From NCBI GenBank assembly GCA_032161505.1, contig JAVKTG010000002.1: a stretch of 64,000 nt of DNA. The stretch is one strand, 5' to 3'. The notes beneath the pieces were generated by a model. The model made no database searches, had not been told where the DNA came from, and worked only from the letters and a program-made list of their open reading frames with translations. Positions 56,511 through 64,000 of this stretch are shown in pieces. How positions within the stretch are numbered: the first letter of the stretch is position 1; every line of letters starts with the position of its first letter. The translations under genes were made by a program, and so were the position numbers. The stretch is from Candidatus Caldisaccharidevorator sinensis (lineage in GTDB: Bacteria > Armatimonadota > Fervidibacteria > Fervidibacterales > Fervidibacteraceae).

Positions 56511-57803
56511 TTGCACCCCGATCTGGGCGAGGGGATCGCATTAGAACCGATCTGTATGCTATGGTATGTGATCGGCACCATGTCAGGGGAATCTATCCTA
56601 CCAAGGGAGCTGACGGCAACCCTTTTCCCCAACGTTCAGTTTATTTACGAACTGGAATTAGGCTTATGGGAACTATCGGCGCTGGGCGCCACCGTCGTCA
56701 CAGAGAACGGCGACCTTAGACACATCCGGCTGAAAGACGTCGCCGATGACAGCCGCTTAATCCGCCGTGTCGCCTACTTTGAGCGGATCGGAGACCAAGT
56801 CACTGACTACACCTTCATCACTTCCAGAAACCGCACCCGCTCGGTCAACCAGTTTCTAACTCACTGGATCTATCCTTACAAGGGCAAATTCCATCCCCAA
56901 ATGGTCCGTGCCCTCCTCAACATCGTCGGGCTGCAGCCAGGTCAGTGGGTGCTGGACCCTTTCTTAGGCAGCGGGACGACCGCTTTGGAAGCCCAACTGT
57001 TGGGAATCAACTGCGTCGGTTTTGACATCTCCCCTTTATGCGTCCTCCAGAGCCGGGTCAAGACGGAATCCCAATTGGTCGTAGAGGAAATTGAGGAAGC
57101 GATGGGGGCTGTCGTCTCTTCTGTCACATCGTCTTTGTTAAAGGGAGAGGGACGGACACGACTGCAGACAGTAGTAGGACAAATCCCAGAGGAACGGGTC
57201 CTAAATTTTTATAAGTGCGCCCAACTTCTGGCATATAGCGACTTTGTTCGCCGTCGTCGCGAGTGGGTTCCTTCTTTCTTGCGCAGTGTTCAGTTGATGT
57301 TGGCGTCTGTCAAAGACTACGCACAAATCGTCACAGAGTTGGGGCTGCAACTGGGAGAGGTGGACATCCGACACGGCGACGCCCGTGACCTTCCACTATT
57401 AGACGAGAGTGTGGACGGTATTATCACCTCCCCACCCTACTCCATCGCCCTTGACTACGTGGCGAATGATGCCCACGCCTTGCGGGCTTTAGGATATAAC
57501 CTGGAGGCTCTTAGGGAACAATTCATCGGGGTGCGGGGGGTCGGATCGAGACGCCTCGCCCTCTACAAAGAGGATATGACACGGGCGCTTTCGGAAATGA
57601 ATCGGGTTTTGAAAAAGGGACGCTACCTAGTCCTGGTCCTGGGCAACGCCGTCCTTCAGGGAAAAGAGGTCAGGACGGTGGAGTTCGTTACAGACCTTTG
57701 CAAGCAGATGGGGATGACCCTCGTCCGCACCATCGAAAAGATCATATTCGGTCTCTACAATGTCATGCAAAGCGAGAAGATATTGGTCTTCCAGAAAGCG
57801 TAG
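56511..57803 (+). CDS. RlmL/Trm11/UPF0020-like SAM-dependent N6-adenine/m2G methyltransferase (probably an RNA methyltransferase)
   Basis: ALLNIVGLQPGQWVLDPFLGSGTTALEAQLLG closely parallels the RlmL motif I region (GWQPG..LLDPMCGSGTLLIEAA). A downstream IITSPPYS is the (D/N/S)PPY motif IV. The start is uncertain (alternative ATGs at 56556 and 56580). Confidence 0.6.
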   Translation: MHPDLGEGIALEPICMLWYVIGTMSGESILPRELTATLFPNVQFIYELELGLWELSALGATVVTENGDLRHIRLKDVADDSRLIRRVAYFERIGDQVTDYTFITSRNRTRSVNQFLTHWIYPYKGKFHPQMVRALLNIVGLQPGQWVLDPFLGSGTTALEAQLLGINCVGFDISPLCVLQSRVKTESQLVVEEIEEAMGAVVSSVTSSLLKGEGRTRLQTVVGQIPEERVLNFYKCAQLLAYSDFVRRRREWVPSFLRSVQLMLASVKDYAQIVTELGLQLGEVDIRHGDARDLPLLDESVDGIITSPPYSIALDYVANDAHALRALGYNLEALREQFIGVRGVGSRRLALYKEDMTRALSEMNRVLKKGRYLVLVLGNAVLQGKEVRTVEFVTDLCKQMGMTLVRTIEKIIFGLYNVMQSEKILVFQKA

Positions 57804-57809
57804 ACTTTT

Positions 57810-58340
57810 TTGGATGACAGAGGGGAGTTACGGCAATATCAAGAAGTCATCCGCAGAATCATTGGTGCCTTTCAGGGAGCGGACTTCTCGATCGTTTTGG
57901 AATCAACCCTCGGCGTTCCACTAGGCCCCGTCAATCGGGACGATCTCTCTGATCCGGCTTTATTAGCCGATATCGCGGCGACAGCCGACGATCTACTGAC
58001 TCGCTCTTTTTGCCATCCTATTGACCGGCAGGCTTACCGACAGTTAACCGGTCGGCAACCAGTGAACTTCCGACCTAACGAAGTGGGCGTCGCCCCAAAG
58101 GAGCGACGCCTCGAAAGTCGTTTACCGTCCGTCGCCCATGAAGGGCGACGAGAGAACGGAAAGAGGTCGCCGGAAGGGTTCTGGTCAACTATCGGGCAAA
58201 GGCTTCGTCAAAGCGCACCTTGCTGGCTTCAAATTCCCACGCCTTCGCCCTTTGGCAGGCTTCCCGGGCGCCGTATTCCCGCTCCATTCCGACATCTTCC
58301 CACTCGACGGAAAGGGGACCCTCATAGCCGACGGAGTTGA
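57810..58340 (+). CDS. Hypothetical protein; its C-terminal third overlaps the convergent isomerase gene
   Basis: The N-terminal ~110 aa are protein-like ([33 protein letters not shown]...). The last ~50 codons are Arg/Pro-rich and overlap 58189..58340 on the opposite strand, so the gene may be an artefact or mis-terminated. Confidence 0.25.
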   Translation: MDDRGELRQYQEVIRRIIGAFQGADFSIVLESTLGVPLGPVNRDDLSDPALLADIAATADDLLTRSFCHPIDRQAYRQLTGRQPVNFRPNEVGVAPKERRLESRLPSVAHEGRRENGKRSPEGFWSTIGQRLRQSAPCWLQIPTPSPFGRLPGRRIPAPFRHLPTRRKGDPHSRRS

Positions 58341-59184
58341 GGGCACGAATGATCTCCGGGAAGTTGACATCGCCGTGACCTAAGGACCGGAAGTCCCATC
58401 CCCTTCGGGGATCGCCCCAAACCAGGTTGGAGCACAGGATGCCTGCCCGTCCGTCCCGCCGGACTTTGGAATCCTTCAGGTGGACATGGAAGATCCTGTC
58501 TCCAAACTCGTAAATGAACTGAACGGGATCGACACCCTGCCACTGAAGATGGGACGGGTCAAAGTTGAATCCGAAGGCGGGGTGATGTCCGATGGCGTCC
58601 AGCGCCTGCTTGGCTGAGTAAAGGTCAAAGGCGATCTCCGTCGGATGGACCTCCAAGGCGAAGCGGACCTCTCGCTCCTGGAAGTAGTCCAATATCGGCT
58701 TCCATCGGTCGGCGAAGTCCTGAAAGCCTTTCTCAATCAGGGACCTAGGTGTGGGAGGAAAGTCGTAAATCAGATGCCATATCGACGATCCGGTGAAGCC
58801 GTTGACTGTCTTGACGCCGAGATTTTTAGCGGCGTCGGCAGTCCTCTTCATCTCTTCGGCAGCCCGTTGGCGGACCCCTTCCGGATTGCCGTCCCCCCAT
58901 ACATGGAGGGGAAGGATGGCTTTGTGGCGCTCGTCAATGTTATCGCAGACTGCTTGACCGACCAGGTGAGCGGCGATCGCCCACATTCCTAATCCGTGTT
59001 GAGCGAGGGTGTCCCTAATCCTTTTCACATACTCCTGGTCTTGAGAAGCCTTGCTGACATCGATGTGGTTGCCCCAGCAAGCCAGTTCCAGACCGTCATA
59101 GCCCCACGACTTAGCTTTTTCCGCCATCGTCTCCAGGGTCAGGTCCGCCCACTGGGCCGTGCACAGCGTAATCGGTCGCGCCAT
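58189..59184 (-). CDS. Sugar phosphate isomerase/epimerase (xylose isomerase-like TIM barrel)
   Basis: [44 protein letters not shown] perfect AAAGGAGG RBS precedes the ATG at 59184. The ORF-track start at 59217 adds 11 Gly/Lys-rich codons. Confidence 0.8.
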   Translation of the reverse strand: MARPITLCTAQWADLTLETMAEKAKSWGYDGLELACWGNHIDVSKASQDQEYVKRIRDTLAQHGLGMWAIAAHLVGQAVCDNIDERHKAILPLHVWGDGNPEGVRQRAAEEMKRTADAAKNLGVKTVNGFTGSSIWHLIYDFPPTPRSLIEKGFQDFADRWKPILDYFQEREVRFALEVHPTEIAFDLYSAKQALDAIGHHPAFGFNFDPSHLQWQGVDPVQFIYEFGDRIFHVHLKDSKVRRDGRAGILCSNLVWGDPRRGWDFRSLGHGDVNFPEIIRALNSVGYEGPLSVEWEDVGMEREYGAREACQRAKAWEFEASKVRFDEAFAR

Positions 59185-59232
59185 TTTTTCTCCGCCTCCT
59201 TTCTTTTTACCTCCCATTTTTTGAGCGGGAGC

Positions 59233-60432
59233 CTAAGCCTTCGCCCGCTCTTTAACTTCAGGAAGGATTTCTACCGTAATCCACCGGCGCTCTTGGGCGG
59301 AGCGCTCCATCGCGTCCAAAACCCTCTGGCATTGGAGCCCGTCGTAGAAGTCGGGAAGGAACCGTTCCTCTCCGGCGACCCCTCTTAGAAAGTCGTAAAC
59401 GGTGTGGGTGAAAGTATGCTCGTATCCGATGATGTGACCGGGTGGCCACCAAGCGGAGATGTATTTGTGGATGCCCGGTTCGGTGACCATCACTTGATGG
59501 AAGCCGTGAATCTCTCCCGGATCGTCCCTCAGGTAGACCTCCAGTTCGTTCATCCTCTCCAGGTTGAAAACGAGACTACCGTTCTCGCAGTTAATTTCAA
59601 AGCGGTTGTAGTTCTTCCTCCCGGGAGCGAATCGGGTGGCTTCCACATAGCCGATAGCGCCGTTTTCAAAGAGGACGATGGAGAGGGAGGCGTCGTCCAC
59701 ATCAACCTCTCCCTTCTGGACGCCGGCACGACCTGTCAGACCGCCGACTTCTTCAGCGGGGAGAGGTCTCTCTTTGATGAAGGTGTGAAGGTAAGCGACG
59801 ACCTCCACGATCTCACCGACCAAGAACCGAGCCAAGTCGACTACATGGGCGGCAAGGTCTCCCAAAGCACCCGACCCGGCAACGGTCTTTCTCAGGCGCC
59901 AGACCAACGGAAAGTTCGGGTCAACGATCCAGTCCTGAAGGTAAGTGCCTCGGAAGTGGAAGACCTTGCCCATCTTGCCGGAAGCGATCAGATCCTTTGC
60001 CAGTTGAACGGCAGGGGCTCTCCGGTAGTTAAAGCAGACGCCATGAATGACATTTCCCTTGACGACCGCCTCCAACATTTCTTCGGCTTCCTTCATATTT
60101 CGGGCGAGGGGCTTTTCGCAGAAGACATGTTTACCGGCGTCAGCGACGGCGACAGAGATGTCCCTGTGGGTGTCGTTAGCGGTCGAGACATCTACGATCT
60201 CCACATCATCTCTTTTGATCAGTTGGCGCCAGTCGGTCTCGTAGGCGTTCCAGCCCAGTTTTGCCGCTGCAGCGCGGACGCGTTCTTCGCTCCGTCCGCA
60301 GATGGCGGACAGTTTGGGGATCAGAGGCGGGTCAAAGAAGTGGGTGACCTGTCGCCAGGCGTTGCTGTGGGCTTTGCCCATAAAGGCGTAACCGACCAGT
60401 CCGATGCCGACCTCTCTTTGAGCCATTGCCAC
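59233..60432 (-). CDS. Gfo/Idh/MocA family oxidoreductase
   Basis: [20 protein letters not shown]-terminal Rossmann motif and a EKPLA motif; 399 aa. It lies immediately upstream of, and is co-oriented with, the isomerase gene. Confidence 0.8.
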   Translation of the reverse strand: MAMAQREVGIGLVGYAFMGKAHSNAWRQVTHFFDPPLIPKLSAICGRSEERVRAAAAKLGWNAYETDWRQLIKRDDVEIVDVSTANDTHRDISVAVADAGKHVFCEKPLARNMKEAEEMLEAVVKGNVIHGVCFNYRRAPAVQLAKDLIASGKMGKVFHFRGTYLQDWIVDPNFPLVWRLRKTVAGSGALGDLAAHVVDLARFLVGEIVEVVAYLHTFIKERPLPAEEVGGLTGRAGVQKGEVDVDDASLSIVLFENGAIGYVEATRFAPGRKNYNRFEINCENGSLVFNLERMNELEVYLRDDPGEIHGFHQVMVTEPGIHKYISAWWPPGHIIGYEHTFTHTVYDFLRGVAGEERFLPDFYDGLQCQRVLDAMERSAQERRWITVEILPEVKERAKA

Positions 60433-60438
60433 CTCCTC

Positions 60439-61341
60439 CTAATTTCCCGAGCCCTGTTGAAAAGGGCTCTGATATTTGATGTCTGCTTCCTTCCACAGTT
60501 TATCAATCAGTTTGGGACTGAGAAGGGCGATCCGCTCTACGGCGTAATCTTCCCGGACGATCTCTTTGATCTTCTCAAAGGGATTGGTCTTTGCCGGCTC
60601 CCGCTTCCTCAGCCAGACGATCCGGAAGGTGTCCTGACCAGCGATTTTGACGTTGATCGGAGGGAGGATCTCATTGACCCGTGCCCTTTTGAGGGCTTGC
60701 ACCATCTCGGGAGGCAGTTCGGTATAGTCAAAGGACCCCTCCGATCCGGGAACGACTGATCGCTGAGCGGCGATCCGGTCAAATTCGGCTTGCAGATCGG
60801 CAGGGCGCGTCCGTTGGAGACGCAGGTAGATGTTCTGGGCTTCTATAAAGGAGAAGACGACGATCTCCCTTATCGTTACCTGCTCCGGCTGGTTATACCG
60901 TAGGAAATGGCGGCTGTAGAACTCTTTCAGTTCCTGATCGCTGACCGGTTCCTTTTGGGCGATCAGTTTCTTGAGGAGAAGAAATTTGCGCGCCTCATCG
61001 GTCAGGGTCAGGTCGCTGAGGACAGGGCGGGCTAACTGCTTGCGAAGGAGTTCCCTTCTGGCACTCAGTTGAGCCAACTGATCGCGGACCTCTTTTTCTG
61101 TGACGGCGATCCCCAGCCGATGGGCTTCCTGCTCCAAAAGTTTGAGGGTGATCAACTGCTTGAGGGTCTCATCACCAAAGTCCGCCAGAAGGCGGTCTAA
61201 AACTTCCCCCTTGGTGATCGGCTGACCGTTGACGAGGGCAGCAGGCTCTTCCGCGATCCAGTTCTGCCCCACCCTTGCGGCGAAGGACAGAGTCGCTCCC
61301 GTCAAGAGACCGATCAGGACCGCCCTGCCCCACCCACGCAT
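60439..61341 (-). CDS. SurA/PrsA-like periplasmic chaperone with a degenerate parvulin-type domain
   Basis: Signal peptide (MRGWGRAVLIGLLTGATLSFA). A SurA-N-like helical region follows. The C-terminal segment GSEGSFDYTELPPEMVQALKRARVNEILPPINVKIAGQDTFRIVWL follows the parvulin pattern without a clear catalytic His pair. Confidence 0.45.
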   Translation of the reverse strand: MRGWGRAVLIGLLTGATLSFAARVGQNWIAEEPAALVNGQPITKGEVLDRLLADFGDETLKQLITLKLLEQEAHRLGIAVTEKEVRDQLAQLSARRELLRKQLARPVLSDLTLTDEARKFLLLKKLIAQKEPVSDQELKEFYSRHFLRYNQPEQVTIREIVVFSFIEAQNIYLRLQRTRPADLQAEFDRIAAQRSVVPGSEGSFDYTELPPEMVQALKRARVNEILPPINVKIAGQDTFRIVWLRKREPAKTNPFEKIKEIVREDYAVERIALLSPKLIDKLWKEADIKYQSPFQQGSGN

Positions 61342-61491
61342 CCTGATCACCTCTTTCATCATATCACCTGCAACGCCGTCGTCAAGAGGCAGACGGGAAA
61401 AAGATTCCTGACCAGAATCAAGAAATTAGGCGTCCCGATCAGGTTCCAATGTTAAGATAAAGAGACGGCAATAAAAGGCAGGTGGCAAAGG

Positions 61492-62589
61492 ATGCGATTG
61501 CCCACCGTCGCAGGTGCTGAAGTCCCAACCGAATATTTGTCTCTGGCGGACGAGGAGATGATTGACCGGATAGAGGACCATAAAGCCCGGCTGGGGCAGC
61601 GGCTGGTGATCTTGACCCATCAATACCAGAGACCGGAGATCGTCGACAGGGGGGACTATGTGGGCGACAGCTTTGAACTGTCCCGGAAAGCGGCGCAGAG
61701 CGATGCCGAATACATTGTCTTTTGCGGCGTGCAGTTTATGGCGCAGAGCGCCGAAATTCTTCGCAAGGAGTTCCAGAAAGTCTATCATCCGGACCTGACC
61801 TCAGGCTGTCCGATGGCAGATATGGGGGATATGGACGATGTGCAGTACGCTTGGAACCAGATAACAGAGATTGTGGGAGAGGATCGGATCGTCCCGATCA
61901 CCTATATGAACAGTTTCGCAGATTTGAAAGCCTTCGTCGGGCGCAACGGGGGAGCCGTGTGCACCTCCAGCAACGCTCGGGCGGTGTTGGAATGGGCGTT
62001 CCGCCATTTTGAAAAGGTCTTCTTCCTTCCCGACGAGCATCTGGGGAGGAATGTGGGCAAGAGGATCGGAATTGCAAAGGATCGGATGGCTGTCTGGAAC
62101 TTTCGGAAAAAGTCGGACCCGCTGGGGGGCTTGACGGAGCAGGAGATTCGCCAAGCCGACCTGATCTTATGGAAGGGCTACTGCCATGTCCACGCCCATT
62201 TTAAGCTGGCGGATGTAGAAAAGGTCCGGACAGAGCATCCTGACGCGGTCGTTTTGGTCCATCCCGAATGCTTAGAGGAAGTGGTGGATGCTGCCGACGC
62301 GGTCGGGTCTACCAGTTTCATCGCCCGTTTCGTCCAGTCAGCACCTGACGGGACTAAGATCGCCATCGGGACAGAGATCCATCTGATCAGCCGGCTGGCG
62401 AGGGACCATCCAGGTAAAATCGTCTTCTCGGTCAAAAGGAGTATGTGCGGAAATATGTTCAAAATCTCCCTTCACGATCTCCTTTACACCCTCGACCACT
62501 TAGACGAGGGGGTCAATCTGATTTCTATCCCGGACGATATCAGGCAGGATGCCCGACTGGCACTGGAGAAGATGCTTCAGATCACCTGA
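61492..62589 (+). CDS. nadA: Quinolinate synthase
   Basis: Conserved NadA blocks ILTHQYQRPEI, FCGVQFMAQSAEIL, LTSGCPMAD and VHPECLEEVV. 365 aa. Confidence 0.85.
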   Translation: MRLPTVAGAEVPTEYLSLADEEMIDRIEDHKARLGQRLVILTHQYQRPEIVDRGDYVGDSFELSRKAAQSDAEYIVFCGVQFMAQSAEILRKEFQKVYHPDLTSGCPMADMGDMDDVQYAWNQITEIVGEDRIVPITYMNSFADLKAFVGRNGGAVCTSSNARAVLEWAFRHFEKVFFLPDEHLGRNVGKRIGIAKDRMAVWNFRKKSDPLGGLTEQEIRQADLILWKGYCHVHAHFKLADVEKVRTEHPDAVVLVHPECLEEVVDAADAVGSTSFIARFVQSAPDGTKIAIGTEIHLISRLARDHPGKIVFSVKRSMCGNMFKISLHDLLYTLDHLDEGVNLISIPDDIRQDARLALEKMLQIT

Positions 62590-62617
62590 CCGCTGGTGGT
62601 GAGAGCATCGGAGGGAG

Positions 62618-64000
62618 TCAGCGGACCGAGAGAAGGAGCCGCCTTCTGACTTCAAGGAGGACGGACGGGTCCCGGGTGTAGTCGGTGCCGCTTCTGATGA
62701 CCTTCTCCACTTCACGCTGGACCTCCTGACCGTTCCTCTCCGACAGAAGGAGAAGGAGAGCAGCATCCTCGAAGCCGTCCCTCATCGCCTCCCAGCGGAG
62801 GGAAGAACGAGGACCGAAAGTGCCCGGGTAGAGGATCCAATTGTCACCGGGAGCAAATCCCATATCTTTGAAGTCGGTCCACCAGTTTAAGCCCCAATGG
62901 AGCCAGCCCGACAGGCGATAGCGGTAACAGATCCAAGGTAGGAGGCGGGATTTGATCAGGGGGTAATCAATCAAACGGTTGAGGTATCGTCCCTGAGGAA
63001 GCCAGGCGGTGTAGAACCAGACCTCCGCCCCTTCCTGTTGTGCCTGCTGATACTCTTTGAGCCACTGCTCAAGAAAGTTCAATTGAGGGACCAAGACTTC
63101 CAGATGCCCCTGGACCTCCGACCAGGGCACATGGATGGCGTCAATCCTTTTAAGGAGTGGCGCAAAGGAATGGACGAAAGCAGAGTGATCTCTCCAGGAC
63201 GCCACATTGACGGGGATCGGTTCATCGGCGATGTGAAGGAGAGTCTTTTCCAGCCAGCCCCTCTTTTTCAGGTGAGCCTGAAGGTGAGGAAGGAGCGCCT
63301 CAACAGGGACGGTCAGGGTCTGACCGGTGGCGATGTCCGTTAGGGAGAGAGGCGGGACGGTAAAGGTCGGGCACTCCCACTCACCGGTGGATCGTCCCCC
63401 TAAATGGCTCAATTCAATGCGCTCGGCGACACCCTCCTCCTCAAAAAGGCGGACGTATCGGTCAAACTCTGAAAAGACGAAGTCCCGTCTCCCGTTGACA
63501 GTATGGACTTTGAAGAGGGAAAGGGGGGTAAGGACGACATTTTGGTGCCCCCGCTTCATCTCCCGTGCGTAAAGGCGGAGGACCTTCCAGAATTCCGACG
63601 ACCAAGGCGGGACCTTGTGGAACTGAGCGATCCGATCCAAACTGAACCAATTGGTTGCGTAGAGGGGGAAACGATCGGGAAGGGTGAGGGGAACGACTTG
63701 CAGGGTGAGGGGAAGAGAGAGGGAACCGGCATCGGAGACAATGGTGACGGCGCCTGAGTAACGTCCGGCGGGGGTCTCCTTTGGGACGGTCAGGCGAAGG
63801 AGGATGGGCTGATTGACACCCCCTTCTAAGTCGGCTGTCTCCTCTTCCCGGAGGGGATCGGGGAAGTCGGCGGGAGCCTTTCGGACCAACTCTTCATCGG
63901 GTGTGTGGGTGGAATTTTTCTCCACAAAGATGAAACCGACGAAGTGATGGGAAAAGTTGGAAGGATCAAGGGATCCCAGTCCGTCTTCCCGACAAAGGGG
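62618..64000 (-). CDS. DUF4091-type secreted protein, paralogous to the C-terminal domain of the 1146-aa protein (partial; N-terminus beyond the window end)
   Basis: LLHIADEP...VWFYTAWLPQ...LSGWLHWGLNWW parallels YYISDEP...WGVSWWTYNPW in ORF 26543..29983. The reading frame stays open upstream of the listed GTG at 63925 to the window edge, and no signal peptide is visible at the listed start. Confidence 0.65.
   Translation of the reverse strand, partial: PLCREDGLGSLDPSNFSHHFVGFIFVEKNSTHTPDEELVRKAPADFPDPLREEETADLEGGVNQPILLRLTVPKETPAGRYSGAVTIVSDAGSLSLPLTLQVVPLTLPDRFPLYATNWFSLDRIAQFHKVPPWSSEFWKVLRLYAREMKRGHQNVVLTPLSLFKVHTVNGRRDFVFSEFDRYVRLFEEEGVAERIELSHLGGRSTGEWECPTFTVPPLSLTDIATGQTLTVPVEALLPHLQAHLKKRGWLEKTLLHIADEPIPVNVASWRDHSAFVHSFAPLLKRIDAIHVPWSEVQGHLEVLVPQLNFLEQWLKEYQQAQQEGAEVWFYTAWLPQGRYLNRLIDYPLIKSRLLPWICYRYRLSGWLHWGLNWWTDFKDMGFAPGDNWILYPGTFGPRSSLRWEAMRDGFEDAALLLLLSERNGQEVQREVEKVIRSGTDYTRDPSVLLEVRRRLLLSVR

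Overview
This is a high-GC (~60%), gene-dense bacterial chromosomal segment from a diderm organism. A lipid A/Kdo cluster (gmhA, lpxL-like, lpxK, waaA), a DUF1559-type pseudopilin-like protein and several giant secreted CBM/DUF4091-type proteins are present. By inference only, this suggests a Planctomycetota/Verrucomicrobiota-like or related lineage. Supported content: 
- partial Ppx/GppA phosphatase
- argJ and argB, with an STPK-WD40 kinase between them
- a frameshifted ECF-sigma remnant
- three giant secreted glycan-binding proteins of 1260, 1614 and 1146 aa
- a Met-rich LolA-like protein
- initiator tRNA-fMet with a consensus promoter
- the LPS cluster
- an NCS2 purine permease
- a decayed NHL-repeat gene
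- a membrane Mrr-cat protein
- an NfeD-flotillin operon
- M20 peptidase, RidA, RDD protein, isochorismatase-family hydrolase, purH
- gltB followed by a leuD-like small subunit
- an orphan 5S rRNA with its own sigma70 promoter
- class V aminotransferase
- a sugar-modification island (two xylose-isomerase-like TIM-barrel plus Gfo/Idh/MocA pairs, enolase-superfamily enzyme, PfkB kinase, SDR, GT4)
- prfB with its programmed +1 frameshift
- clpC, ilvE, an RlmL/UPF0020-like methyltransferase, a SurA-like chaperone, nadA and a partial DUF4091 protein.
No CRISPR array, transposase or phage gene was seen. The most unusual items are the stand-alone 5S rRNA, the decay zone upstream of the 1614-aa protein, and the giant-protein/Mrr-cat coupling.
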